This document shows positions 1-8,646 of a stretch of 64,000 bases of DNA, piece by piece. Each line of letters starts with the position of its first letter. The stretch's first letter is position 1. This DNA is from Candidatus Krumholzibacteriia bacterium. Lineage in GTDB: Bacteria; Krumholzibacteriota; Krumholzibacteriia; Krumholzibacteriales; Krumholzibacteriaceae. The notes beneath the pieces were generated by a model. It was given only the letters and a program-made list of their open reading frames with translations, made no database searches and was not told where the DNA came from. The position numbers and the translations under genes are program-made. The stretch covers positions 2,163,309-2,227,308 of the forward strand of contig CAWIIQ010000001.1 of assembly GCA_963836185.1 (NCBI GenBank), in the 5' to 3' direction.

Positions 1-675
1 GGTCAGGCCGGAATCAAAGACCATCCTTACAGGCGGATCGAGCGGCCGCTCGTATAGCCGCCTGTCGAGAGAGGGATCGTCCGCTCTCAGCGTACCCGAT
101 CCGACAGCTATCGCCTCGAGCTTCGCCCTGAGGCCGTGAACGCATTCGAGCGATCCTGAACATGTTATGTATTTCTCGTCACCGAGGGTGATCTTTCCAT
201 CGAGCGTGACTGCGAGCTTGAGCAGCACGAAAGGTGAGCCGGAGATAGAGCGATGGATGTACGGAAGATTGAGCTCGAGGGTCTCTCTCGCCATGACGCC
301 GGTCTCCACCTCGATGCCGTTTTCCCTCATCTGCCGCGCTCCCCCGCCCCGTACCCGCTCGTCCGGGTCGAATATACCGAAGACGACGCGCGATATCCCC
401 GCTTCGATGATAGCGTCGGTACAGGGAGGCGTCCTGCCGTGATGACAGCACGGTTCGAGATTGAGATAGAGGTCGGCGCCCCTGGCCTTCTCCCCGGCTG
501 CGGCGATCGCTTCTATCTCCGCGTGCGGCTTTCCCGCTCCTGCGTGGAAGCCCTCTCCAACTGTCTCGCCGCTGGAGACGATGACAGCTCCGACGAGAGG
601 ATTCGGAAAGGTCAGGCCTGTGCCGCGGGCGGCCAGTTCGAGGGCCCTTTCCATATACTTACGGTCGTCGTTCAT
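1..675 (-). CDS. ribD: riboflavin biosynthesis protein RibD (deaminase/reductase); C-terminal part runs off the window edge
   Basis: Minus-strand translation from ATG at 675: MNDDRKYMERALELAARGTGLTFPNPLVGAVIV...GKPHAEIEAI...LNLEPCCHHGRTPPC (deaminase zinc motif), continuing in frame into reductase-like sequence to position 1. Absent from ORF track because no stop lies inside the window. Confidence 0.85.
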   Translation of the reverse strand, partial: MNDDRKYMERALELAARGTGLTFPNPLVGAVIVSSGETVGEGFHAGAGKPHAEIEAIAAAGEKARGADLYLNLEPCCHHGRTPPCTDAIIEAGISRVVFGIFDPDERVRGGGARQMRENGIEVETGVMARETLELNLPYIHRSISGSPFVLLKLAVTLDGKITLGDEKYITCSGSLECVHGLRAKLEAIAVGSGTLRADDPSLDRRLYERPLDPPVRMVFDSGLT

Positions 676-770
676 AGCGCGGACGCGCCTTCCTGCCTGC
701 TGTACTATCGGGTAATAAGGGGAGAGGACGGACACGCACGGCGCGCACCCGCAGGGGGATCGTATCTCGA

Positions 771-890
771 ACCACCTTCTCCCATCCAGACTGTAACTGT
801 CGGCTCCGGAATTTCACCGGATCGGTGAGCCTTTCGGCCCATTCGCGGGCTTTGACCGCCGGTGGGGAATCTCACCCCGCCCCGAAGGTT
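771..890 (-). promoter_or_regulatory. FMN riboswitch (RFN element) in ribD leader
   Basis: Minus-strand RNA CUUCGGGGCGGGGUGAGAUUCCCCACCGGCGGU...AGCCGACAGUUACAGUCUGGAUGGGAGAAGG matches the conserved RFN cores (UUCGGGGCAGGGUGAAAUUCCCGACCGGCGGU and AGCCGACAGUGAAAGUCUGGAUGGGAGAAGG) and sits directly upstream of ribD. Confidence 0.8.
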
Positions 891-896
891 GTAATT

Positions 897-1817
897 TCAT
901 ATAAATCTACACGAGTCGCAGCTCTGTGTCAAGCCTCTGACGGGCCGCATCAGGGCCGAGATGAACTCGGAATGATCGAACGGTTCGAGGTCGTCGGCGC
1001 TCTCGCCGACCCCGACGAAGAGCACGGGGACGCCGAGCTTCTGCTGTATGGGGATAACGGCACCGCCCTTGGCCGTGCTGTCGAGCTTGGTGAGGACTAT
1101 GCCTGTCACGGGCAGCCCGTTAGTGAAGGCCTCTGCCTGCCGAAGCGAGTTCTGCCCCGAGTTGGCGTCGATGACGAGCCATGCCTCGAGAGCTATTCCA
1201 TCCATCCTGTCCCGCAGGACCCTGAAAATCTTGCCAAGTTCCTCCATCAGGTTGACCTTTGTGTGCAGCCGCCCTGCGGTATCGACGATGACGATGTCTA
1301 TTCCCTTCGCTTTGGCAGACTGCACGGCGTCGAAAGCGACCGCCGCAGGATCGGAGCCCATATTCTGCCTGACGACCGGCGTTCCTGTCCTCTTGCCCCA
1401 CAGTTCGAGCTGGTCTATCGCCGCCGCGCGGAAGGTGTCGCACGCGGCGAGCATCACGCTCTTTCCCTCTTCCTTGAACCTCGCTGCCAGCTTGCCGATC
1501 GTCGAGGTCTTGCCGACGCCGTTAACGCCGACGATCACAATCACCCTCGGGCTCCCCTCGGGAAGGGGAGGCGCTGGGATCTCGTCGATTATCGAGAGGA
1601 GCTCATCGGCCACCGCCTGCATGTGGTCACCCGCTCCGCGCAAGCGGATGCTCTCGACGATCCGCTCGGTCGCCTCCACGCCGAGATCGGCGGAATAGAG
1701 GATCGACTCCGCCTCCTCGATAGCTTCGTCGTCCAGCTCGCCGGATGACAGGGCTTCACGCAGAGGGCGCAGAAAACGCTCCCTGGTCTTCCTCAATCCC
1801 TGGAAGATGCGTTTCAT
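897..1817 (-). CDS. ftsY: signal recognition particle receptor FtsY
   Basis: 306 aa ORF with SRP54-type GTPase motifs (GVNGVGKTSTIGKLA, DTAGR, TKLD) and an N-terminal helical domain; C-terminal tail is slightly longer than typical. Confidence 0.9.
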   Translation of the reverse strand: MKRIFQGLRKTRERFLRPLREALSSGELDDEAIEEAESILYSADLGVEATERIVESIRLRGAGDHMQAVADELLSIIDEIPAPPLPEGSPRVIVIVGVNGVGKTSTIGKLAARFKEEGKSVMLAACDTFRAAAIDQLELWGKRTGTPVVRQNMGSDPAAVAFDAVQSAKAKGIDIVIVDTAGRLHTKVNLMEELGKIFRVLRDRMDGIALEAWLVIDANSGQNSLRQAEAFTNGLPVTGIVLTKLDSTAKGGAVIPIQQKLGVPVLFVGVGESADDLEPFDHSEFISALMRPVRGLTQSCDSCRFI

Positions 1818-1832
1818 CGACCGTTGATTCTC

Positions 1833-4800
1833 CTAGTTGGACGATACCGGAGCCGCCTCGGGCTCCTTCTTCTTCGGGGCCGGCTGCCGCCTGGCGAGCA
1901 GGTCCTCGATCTCGGTGAGGTCGACCGAGACCAGCCTGGAAACACCCTTCTCCTCCATCGTCACCCCGAAGAGCTGGTCCGCGGCCGCCATCGTCCGCTT
2001 GTTGTGAGTGATGATGATGAACTGCGTCTCCACGGAGAACTTCTTCAGCATCTTTACGAACCTCTGGATGTTCGCGTCGTCGAGAGGCGCGTCGACTTCG
2101 TCGAAGATGCAGAAGGGGCTCGGCTTTGCCTTGTAGAGAGCGAACAGGAGGGCGAGCGCGGTAAGGGCACGTTCACCGCCCGAGAGGAGCGAGATGTCCT
2201 GTATACGCTTGCCCTTGGGCCTGGCCCTGATGATGATATCCGCCTCGAGAGGATCGCTTCCCTCTCCGAGATGAAGATCGGCCTCGCCGCCCTCGAAGAG
2301 CACTGTGAATATCTCTGAGAAATGACCCTTCACCGCGGTGAAGGTATCGAGGAACATCTTTCTCGCGCGCCTGTTTATCTTTTTTATCGCTTCGTCCAGT
2401 TCCTCCCTCGCCTTGACAAGGTCATCCTTCTGGGTAGTGAGGAACTCGAAGCGCTGGTTCTTTTCTTCATACTCCTCGACGGCGGCCAGGTTGACCGGCC
2501 CGAGGCTCTCGAGTTTGCGTTTCTCCCCGTCGAGCATCTCCTTCGTTATCATCTTCTCTTCCTCGGTCAGAGGGATCTCGACTCCCTCGAGGTAGCCGCC
2601 GAGTTCCTCCTCGTACAGCTCCCTCCCGCGATCGACGAGGTCGTTCATACGGGTCTCGACCGATGACAGGCTTACACGCAGGTCGTTTATCTTCTCGAAG
2701 ATCGATTCGCGCTCAGCCTTGCGTTCCTTCAGGGCTCCCTCGATACCGGATATAAGCTCTCGTTTCTCCTCGAGCAGGTCGTGCATCCTGCCGAGTTCCT
2801 CCTCACAGGCGGTCTCCTCATCGAGGAAAGTCTTTACCCCCGCCCGTTCTTCCCCTATCGAGCGCTCGAGCCTCGCCGTCTCTTCCTTCGCCGAGCTGAT
2901 CTCGACACTTCTCTGCTCGATGATCGCCCGGAACTGTTTCTCCATCTCGCCATGGCCCCGAAGCTCCTCGTTCTGCCTGTCGAGAGTTCCCTGCAGAGAG
3001 GCGTGCCTGACCTTGCGGGAAGTGAGCTCCGCATCGAGTTCCTCCCTGTTCTTCCTGTAATCCGAAAGCTCGGATTCGAGCCTCTCGGAATCAGAAATAT
3101 CGCCTGAGCTCTGCTGCATGGCGAGAGCGAGCTTCGCTTCTTCGAGCTTTGACAGCATCTCTACACGGCCGTTCTCGAGCTCGTCTAGAGACTTCATCAT
3201 CATCGAGGTCTTCTCTTTGCCCATGATGAATTCGCGCTCGACCTCCTGGAATGCTTCGCGCCTCAGTCCGAGTTCCTCTCGGCCCCGGGTGGACAGTCTC
3301 GCGATCTCCTCGATCCTCTCCCTCAACGACTCCTTCTCGCCGCGCAGGGATCCGCCTTTCTTCTCGAGGCCGTCGATCTCCTTCTCGAACTCGTTTATCT
3401 CACCGGCAAGTCTTTCGATCTCGCCGGTCCTGCCCAGTATCGAAACTTCTTCTCCGGGCGAACCTGAGAAATAGATCCCCCTGCCTCTCGAAAAGTAGAT
3501 CCCGGAAAGCGTCACCGCTCCCGCCGCGTTTCCATCACCGGACGCGATGAAAGCGAGGGCGTTCTCTATCGTATCGAAGAGGAATATCCCGTCGAGCAGC
3601 TGGTCGATCGCTCTCTTCGCACCTGATGGAGTATCGACAAAGGAAGCGAGAGCGCCCAGCATCCCGGCCGCTTCAGGCCCGTCCGCTCCTGGCGCTTTCC
3701 AGCCCGGATCGTCGGCGAGCAGCCTGGCCCCTCCGAATTTTCCCTCGGAGAGTTCCCTGGCGAGATCGACCGCTCCGCCGAGACTGTCGATCACGACTCC
3801 GTCCATCAATCCGCCCATAACGGCTTCGAGCGCCGCGCGGTATTCCTTCTTCGTCTTTATCATATCGGCAAGGGGGCCCCTGACCCTGGAGTCGCCCTTC
3901 TTGAGAACGTGCCTGGCCCCGCCCGGGAATCCTTCAAGATCTTCTTTCATCCTTATGAAGAGCTCATGCCTGCTCCTCATCGCGGCGATCGATTCTTTCT
4001 TTTCCGCGGCTGCCGCCGCATTCGAGGCGATCTGGGTTTCGACCGTTTCGAGTCTCGCGGTCCGTTCTATGTTTTCGCTTTCGAGAGACGAGAGCACCCG
4101 TTGAGCGTCACTGAGAGCTCCCTGCCTGGCGTCGCGCTCGCCTGCAAGCTCGGCCGTCTCCGATTCGAGGGAGACGATCTGCTCGCGCATGTTCCCCGCC
4201 CTCTCATTGAGATCGGCAAGTATCTTCTCGAAGTGCTCAACCGAACTCTTGACCCGCGCCTGGTCCTGGATGAAATCGAGCTGAGTCTGCTTCAGGTCGA
4301 TGAGCTCCACCTGTATCCGTTCCATCTTTATGGAGATCTCCTCGAACAGGCCGCCCAGCTTCTTGATCTCCGCCTCTTCCGAAGCCATCGATTCACTCGT
4401 CACGGCGACCTCGGTCGCCACTCCCTCCATCCGCTCCGCGATCCTTCCGAGACGCGTCTTAGCCTCCTCGATCTCGCGGCCCGCACGGTCGATCAGGCGT
4501 TCCGCTTCGCCCTTTCGCTCGCTGAACTGGATCGTCTTTTCCTCGGCGCCCTGGATCTTTCTCCTGACCTCGTACCGCCTGTTCTGCAGATCGGTGTTCT
4601 TCTTCTCCAGATCGATGAGCAGCAGCTTCTCTTTCTCGACCTTCTTCTCGCTTTCCTCGAGCGACACATCATCACGGTCGGTGAGCTCCCGGCTGCCGGA
4701 GAGTTCCTTCTCCGCCTCTCTCTTCTCGGCCAGAAGCCCGGAGAGGCTTCTTCGAAGATGAACGATGCCGTACTCACGGATCCTTTCGCTTATCGTGCGG

Positions 4801-5444
4801 TAGCGCCTGGCCTTTCCAACCTGGTATTTCAGGGCCCGGACGTTCTTGCCCAGTTCCTCGAGTATGTCATCGAGCCTGAGAAGGTCGTTCTCAGTCAGCT
4901 TGAGTTTCCTCTTCGCCTCTTCGCGCCGCATCCTGTATTTGACGATACCGGCCGCTTCCTCGAACATCTCTCTTCGTTCGCCGTGCGCATCGTTGAGAAC
5001 ATATTCGACCATCTCCTGCTCGATGACCGAGTATGAATGGCTGCCCGTTCCCGTATCGGCGAAGAGTTCCCTGATGTCCTTGAGCCTGCAGGGTGATTTG
5101 TTGATGAAGTACTCGCTGATACCCGACCGGTAGACCTTTCGCGTTATCGTGATCTCAGCATAATCCAGCGGGAAGGCGCCTCTCTCGTTGCTCACGGTCA
5201 TATTTACGAGGGCGAAGCCGGTCGGTTTGTGGACCTCGGTGCCGTTGAAGATGACATTCTCCATCTTCGTACTTCGAAGCTGCCTCGCGCTCTGCTCACC
5301 GAGCACCCACCTGACGGCGTCGACTATATTGGTCTTCCCGCATCCGTTCGGACCGAGGATGCATGTGATGCCGTTCCTGAGATTCAGTGTGGCGGGATTC
5401 ATGAATGATTTGAATCCGACTAGTTCCAGTCTGGATAGACTCAC
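1833..5444 (-). CDS. smc: chromosome segregation protein SMC
   Basis: 1203 aa; N-terminal Walker A (GPNGCGKTN), long coiled-coil arms, hinge, C-terminal signature LSGGERALTALALLFAL and Walker B (IFDEVDAPLD). Confidence 0.95.
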   Translation of the reverse strand: MSLSRLELVGFKSFMNPATLNLRNGITCILGPNGCGKTNIVDAVRWVLGEQSARQLRSTKMENVIFNGTEVHKPTGFALVNMTVSNERGAFPLDYAEITITRKVYRSGISEYFINKSPCRLKDIRELFADTGTGSHSYSVIEQEMVEYVLNDAHGERREMFEEAAGIVKYRMRREEAKRKLKLTENDLLRLDDILEELGKNVRALKYQVGKARRYRTISERIREYGIVHLRRSLSGLLAEKREAEKELSGSRELTDRDDVSLEESEKKVEKEKLLLIDLEKKNTDLQNRRYEVRRKIQGAEEKTIQFSERKGEAERLIDRAGREIEEAKTRLGRIAERMEGVATEVAVTSESMASEEAEIKKLGGLFEEISIKMERIQVELIDLKQTQLDFIQDQARVKSSVEHFEKILADLNERAGNMREQIVSLESETAELAGERDARQGALSDAQRVLSSLESENIERTARLETVETQIASNAAAAAEKKESIAAMRSRHELFIRMKEDLEGFPGGARHVLKKGDSRVRGPLADMIKTKKEYRAALEAVMGGLMDGVVIDSLGGAVDLARELSEGKFGGARLLADDPGWKAPGADGPEAAGMLGALASFVDTPSGAKRAIDQLLDGIFLFDTIENALAFIASGDGNAAGAVTLSGIYFSRGRGIYFSGSPGEEVSILGRTGEIERLAGEINEFEKEIDGLEKKGGSLRGEKESLRERIEEIARLSTRGREELGLRREAFQEVEREFIMGKEKTSMMMKSLDELENGRVEMLSKLEEAKLALAMQQSSGDISDSERLESELSDYRKNREELDAELTSRKVRHASLQGTLDRQNEELRGHGEMEKQFRAIIEQRSVEISSAKEETARLERSIGEERAGVKTFLDEETACEEELGRMHDLLEEKRELISGIEGALKERKAERESIFEKINDLRVSLSSVETRMNDLVDRGRELYEEELGGYLEGVEIPLTEEEKMITKEMLDGEKRKLESLGPVNLAAVEEYEEKNQRFEFLTTQKDDLVKAREELDEAIKKINRRARKMFLDTFTAVKGHFSEIFTVLFEGGEADLHLGEGSDPLEADIIIRARPKGKRIQDISLLSGGERALTALALLFALYKAKPSPFCIFDEVDAPLDDANIQRFVKMLKKFSVETQFIIITHNKRTMAAADQLFGVTMEEKGVSRLVSVDLTEIEDLLARRQPAPKKKEPEAAPVSSN

Positions 5445-5497
5445 CTTGCAGCACCTCCACGCTCATTGGCGTAAATCAGTTGTTATTATCCCTTGAT

Positions 5498-6991
5498 CTA
5501 ATCCTTTAACGTCACGACTTTCGCGTAACCGATCTGACGAAGATCGAGAAGATCCAGCCTCGTCGCCACGGCCTCCTCCTTCGTCCGGAACTCTCCGACG
5601 TAGACCCTGTACCATTTCTGCCCGTTGACCTCAGTCTCAAGAACGATCGAGTCGTATCCGTTCTTCTCGAGATAGTCCGTCTCCGTACCGGCCCTGCTCA
5701 TCTCCCTGAAAGAAGCTACATGGACCGAATAGTGCGAACCTTCCGGCGCGGGCGTGACGGTACCGGGTTTTGAGACTGGCTGAGTCACGGCGGGTTCTGT
5801 ATCACCTCCGCCGGTCACGGCTTCGTCCGTCTTCTCTTCAACCGGTTTCTCGACCGTTTCCCCGGCAGGCCCGGGTTCCGTGACAGTCTCGACACTGTCT
5901 TCTTCCGCGCCGGTGACGGCAGCGCCATCATCCTGCCCGCGGTCCTTTTTCTCCTGGACATCACGCTGCTTCTGCACGAGCTCCGCGGTCCTGCTTTCAC
6001 CTTCCTTGTTGCTTATCGACTTGTGGATCTTGAACCACCAGACAAGGAATATTACGACGACGACAACAACGACCGAAGTGACGACTCTCGGAAGGCTCAT
6101 CCCGCCGCCTCTATGTTTTCCGTCGCTGTCGAGGTCGGCTGTCTTTTCTATCGCGCCCGCTTCATACCGCTCCTCGCCTTTTTCCTCATCTCCGGCCCCT
6201 TCTTCCCCGGACCCGTCATCGATGCGGACAGGCGGCATGAACGACCCTTCCCCCGGGGAACCCGAGGCATCCTCTCCGAAACAGACAAGATCGGCAGGAG
6301 GAAGATCTGCGCCCAGGTCTCCGAGGTTCTTCTGAAGCTGGCCCTCGGGCATCTCCTCTAGCCTGCACGAAAGGAAAATAGCGTCTGCGAGCGACGCGAG
6401 CGGATTGACCGCCCCGTCATCGGTATAGAGAGTCGAGCAATATATGATAACGTCATGGCTGCGGCTGAGAAAATCTCTCACTTTTGTGAATTCCTTCTTC
6501 GCGAAGGGGATCGTGCGTGAGACGGGGAATGAACCGGGGCCTACCACGGTCACGCCGTCGATACCAGTCGGCCGGGCGATCGTTTTAAGCGAACTTCCGT
6601 AGAGCAGCAGGTCCAGGAACCCCTGATCCTCCGTGTTCTCCACAAGGCCGCTGAGCCCCGGCGAGAGAAAATCGAAGTCGACGATCAGGACATCCCTGCC
6701 GTGCTTCGCGAGGATATGAGCGATCTGCAGAACGGCGAAGTCCCTCGCCAGCCTGTTCTCCCCGACAGACATCGCCAGGATGGAACGGTTTCCTTCCTCC
6801 GTGAATCTTCCCTCGATCCTCGCACCGAGTTCTATGAACCGGTCCAGTTCACGAGCCGATGAAAAATCTCCCGATGACATGAACGCCCTGATGCTCTCCT
6901 CGCCAAGCAGGATCGAGAACCCGCCTTCGACGTGATCGCCCTTTCGTCCTTCGTCGGGCATTCCGCGTTCTTCATCGCCCATGTGGATCAC
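5498..6991 (-). CDS. membrane protein: degenerate ParA/MinD-like N-terminal domain, one TM helix, C-terminal SPOR domain
   Basis: N-terminal region resembles a P-loop ParA/MinD fold but lacks a canonical Walker A (SILAMSVGENRLARDFAVLQ...VLIVDFD); acidic linker; TM helix VVTSVVVVVVVIFLVWWF; C-terminal SPOR-like sequence YSVHVASFREMSRAGTETDYLEKNGYDSIVLETEVNGQKWYRVYVGEF. Start overlaps selA stop by 4 nt. Confidence 0.7.
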   Translation of the reverse strand: MIHMGDEERGMPDEGRKGDHVEGGFSILLGEESIRAFMSSGDFSSARELDRFIELGARIEGRFTEEGNRSILAMSVGENRLARDFAVLQIAHILAKHGRDVLIVDFDFLSPGLSGLVENTEDQGFLDLLLYGSSLKTIARPTGIDGVTVVGPGSFPVSRTIPFAKKEFTKVRDFLSRSHDVIIYCSTLYTDDGAVNPLASLADAIFLSCRLEEMPEGQLQKNLGDLGADLPPADLVCFGEDASGSPGEGSFMPPVRIDDGSGEEGAGDEEKGEERYEAGAIEKTADLDSDGKHRGGGMSLPRVVTSVVVVVVVIFLVWWFKIHKSISNKEGESRTAELVQKQRDVQEKKDRGQDDGAAVTGAEEDSVETVTEPGPAGETVEKPVEEKTDEAVTGGGDTEPAVTQPVSKPGTVTPAPEGSHYSVHVASFREMSRAGTETDYLEKNGYDSIVLETEVNGQKWYRVYVGEFRTKEEAVATRLDLLDLRQIGYAKVVTLKD

Positions 6992-8406
6992 TCCTTCTCT
7001 TTCACATCATTCATCGCCGAAGCGAGACTTTCGATAAGCATATCTTCCTGATCGGAGGGTACCGTTCTGAGGTCCACGAATACGGAGTCACCCCGTACCC
7101 TCGCCAGCACCGGCGGATCGAGCCTTCTCAATCCGCGCTCGAGCCGCTGCGGCCCGCCGGTTGTGAGATTAATCCGCAAAAGCACCGTCCGCAAGGGATT
7201 AATAGGAAAGCTTCCCCCGCCGATCGATGATTCCCCTTCTAATACCTCGATCCCGAACCCTTCAGGCGTCATCTTTTCGAGTTTCTCCGCCGCCCGGCGC
7301 GTACGTCCCTCAAGCCCGCTCAGGTCCTCGAGTATCATCCCGAGGGCCGGGATCCGTTCTATCTCTCCGTTCCAGTAGTGGACGAGCACCTGCTCGAGCC
7401 CCGCAAGCGTCATCTTGTCGATGCGAAGCGCCCTCGACAGATGGTTACCGCGCATCCTGCCGATCATGCCCGCCTCCCCGAGGAGTATCCCCGCCTGCGG
7501 GCCGCCGAGTACCTTGTCGCCGCTGAACGAAACGATATCGACTCCCGTGTCGAGCAGGGGAAGGAGGCTCTCCTCTCCTTCGAATCCCTCATTCTCGACG
7601 GGATAGAGGATACCGCTCCCCTGATCGTACATCACGGGGATATTTCTTTTCCGCCCCAGCTCCGCCAGGGCGGCGACCGGTACCTCGTCTGTATATCCGA
7701 CTACCTTGTAATTGCTCGTATGCACCTTGAGGAGAAGAGTGGCTCCCTCGTCTATCGCCCTCTCGTAATCCCCGAGGTTGGTCCTGTTCGTCGTCCCCAC
7801 CTCGATGACCCTCCCCGCGGCCCGGGTAAGGATCTCGGGAAGCCTGAAGCTCCCTCCTATCTCGACGAGTTCTCCTCGCGAGACGGCGACCGCACCTTCA
7901 CGGGCGAATGTATCGACGGCAAGAAGGACGGCGGCCGCGTTATTGTTCACGACCAGGGCCCCTTCGCACCCCGCGATCGCGCGGAGCAGGGCGGTGACCC
8001 TTCTCGAACGGCTCGCTCTCGAACCTGTCGCGACATCCATCTCCAGGTCTGTGTACCCGGAAGCGGCAGTCAGTACCGCCGATGCCGTCGCCGAATCGAG
8101 CACTGCCCTGCCGAGGTTGGTATGGAGGATGACTCCCGTCGCGTTGATCACGCGGCGCTGCCTGTCAGCGACCAGGGATCCGATCTCCTTCGCGGCCGCG
8201 GCGACGATACTCTCAAGGATAAGGCCGGCATCCTCGACAGCCTCTGCCCGGCCGCTGACGATCCCCTGCCTGTACGATTCTATCCTGTCCCTTACGATAC
8301 GGGTTATGCCGCGGCGCGAGACAAAGTTGACCCGCGCGGCGATCCTCTCGTCTTCGAGAACCCGTTCGACCGAGGGTAAATTCCTCAGAGAGGCATTCCT
8401 GTCCAT
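6988..8406 (-). CDS. selA: L-seryl-tRNA(Sec) selenium transferase SelA
   Basis: SelA-like throughout, including the PLP-lysine region FSGDKVLGGPQAG; start placed at internal ATG (MDRNASLRNLPSVERVL) that aligns with SelA N-termini; the longest ORF extends to 8451. Confidence 0.88.
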   Translation of the reverse strand: MDRNASLRNLPSVERVLEDERIAARVNFVSRRGITRIVRDRIESYRQGIVSGRAEAVEDAGLILESIVAAAAKEIGSLVADRQRRVINATGVILHTNLGRAVLDSATASAVLTAASGYTDLEMDVATGSRASRSRRVTALLRAIAGCEGALVVNNNAAAVLLAVDTFAREGAVAVSRGELVEIGGSFRLPEILTRAAGRVIEVGTTNRTNLGDYERAIDEGATLLLKVHTSNYKVVGYTDEVPVAALAELGRKRNIPVMYDQGSGILYPVENEGFEGEESLLPLLDTGVDIVSFSGDKVLGGPQAGILLGEAGMIGRMRGNHLSRALRIDKMTLAGLEQVLVHYWNGEIERIPALGMILEDLSGLEGRTRRAAEKLEKMTPEGFGIEVLEGESSIGGGSFPINPLRTVLLRINLTTGGPQRLERGLRRLDPPVLARVRGDSVFVDLRTVPSDQEDMLIESLASAMNDVKEKE

Positions 8407-8646
8407 TCCACCCCTGCCCGTTCTCCTGTTAATCCTGCCATTTTCTACCATATGTTGTGGTGCCCGTCAACTGTTTTAACAATATATTGTAAGCGGGTTT
8501 GTCGGTTTTCTTTACATCTCTTTGCAGGGGAGGTACGGGCCGTCTGGAGGACCTTCCCTGGGCGCGGCGAAATTTGCCGCTTGATGAATGAGGGGACTAT
8601 CTGATACACAGCAGATGTAACGAGTTACGGACCCGGGGAGGAACTG

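Noticed and set aside
253-828. 191-aa plus-strand ORF (and neighbouring ORFs at 167..442 and 179..451)
   Set aside because: It lies antisense to the clearly conserved ribD reading frame and its translation has no protein-like features; a byproduct of high GC content.
3909-5036. 375-aa plus-strand ORF and several others inside the smc locus (for example 2322..2666, 3547..4104)
   Set aside because: Antisense to the intact 1203-aa SMC gene; low-complexity Ser/Arg/Leu-rich translations typical of spurious ORFs in GC-rich DNA.
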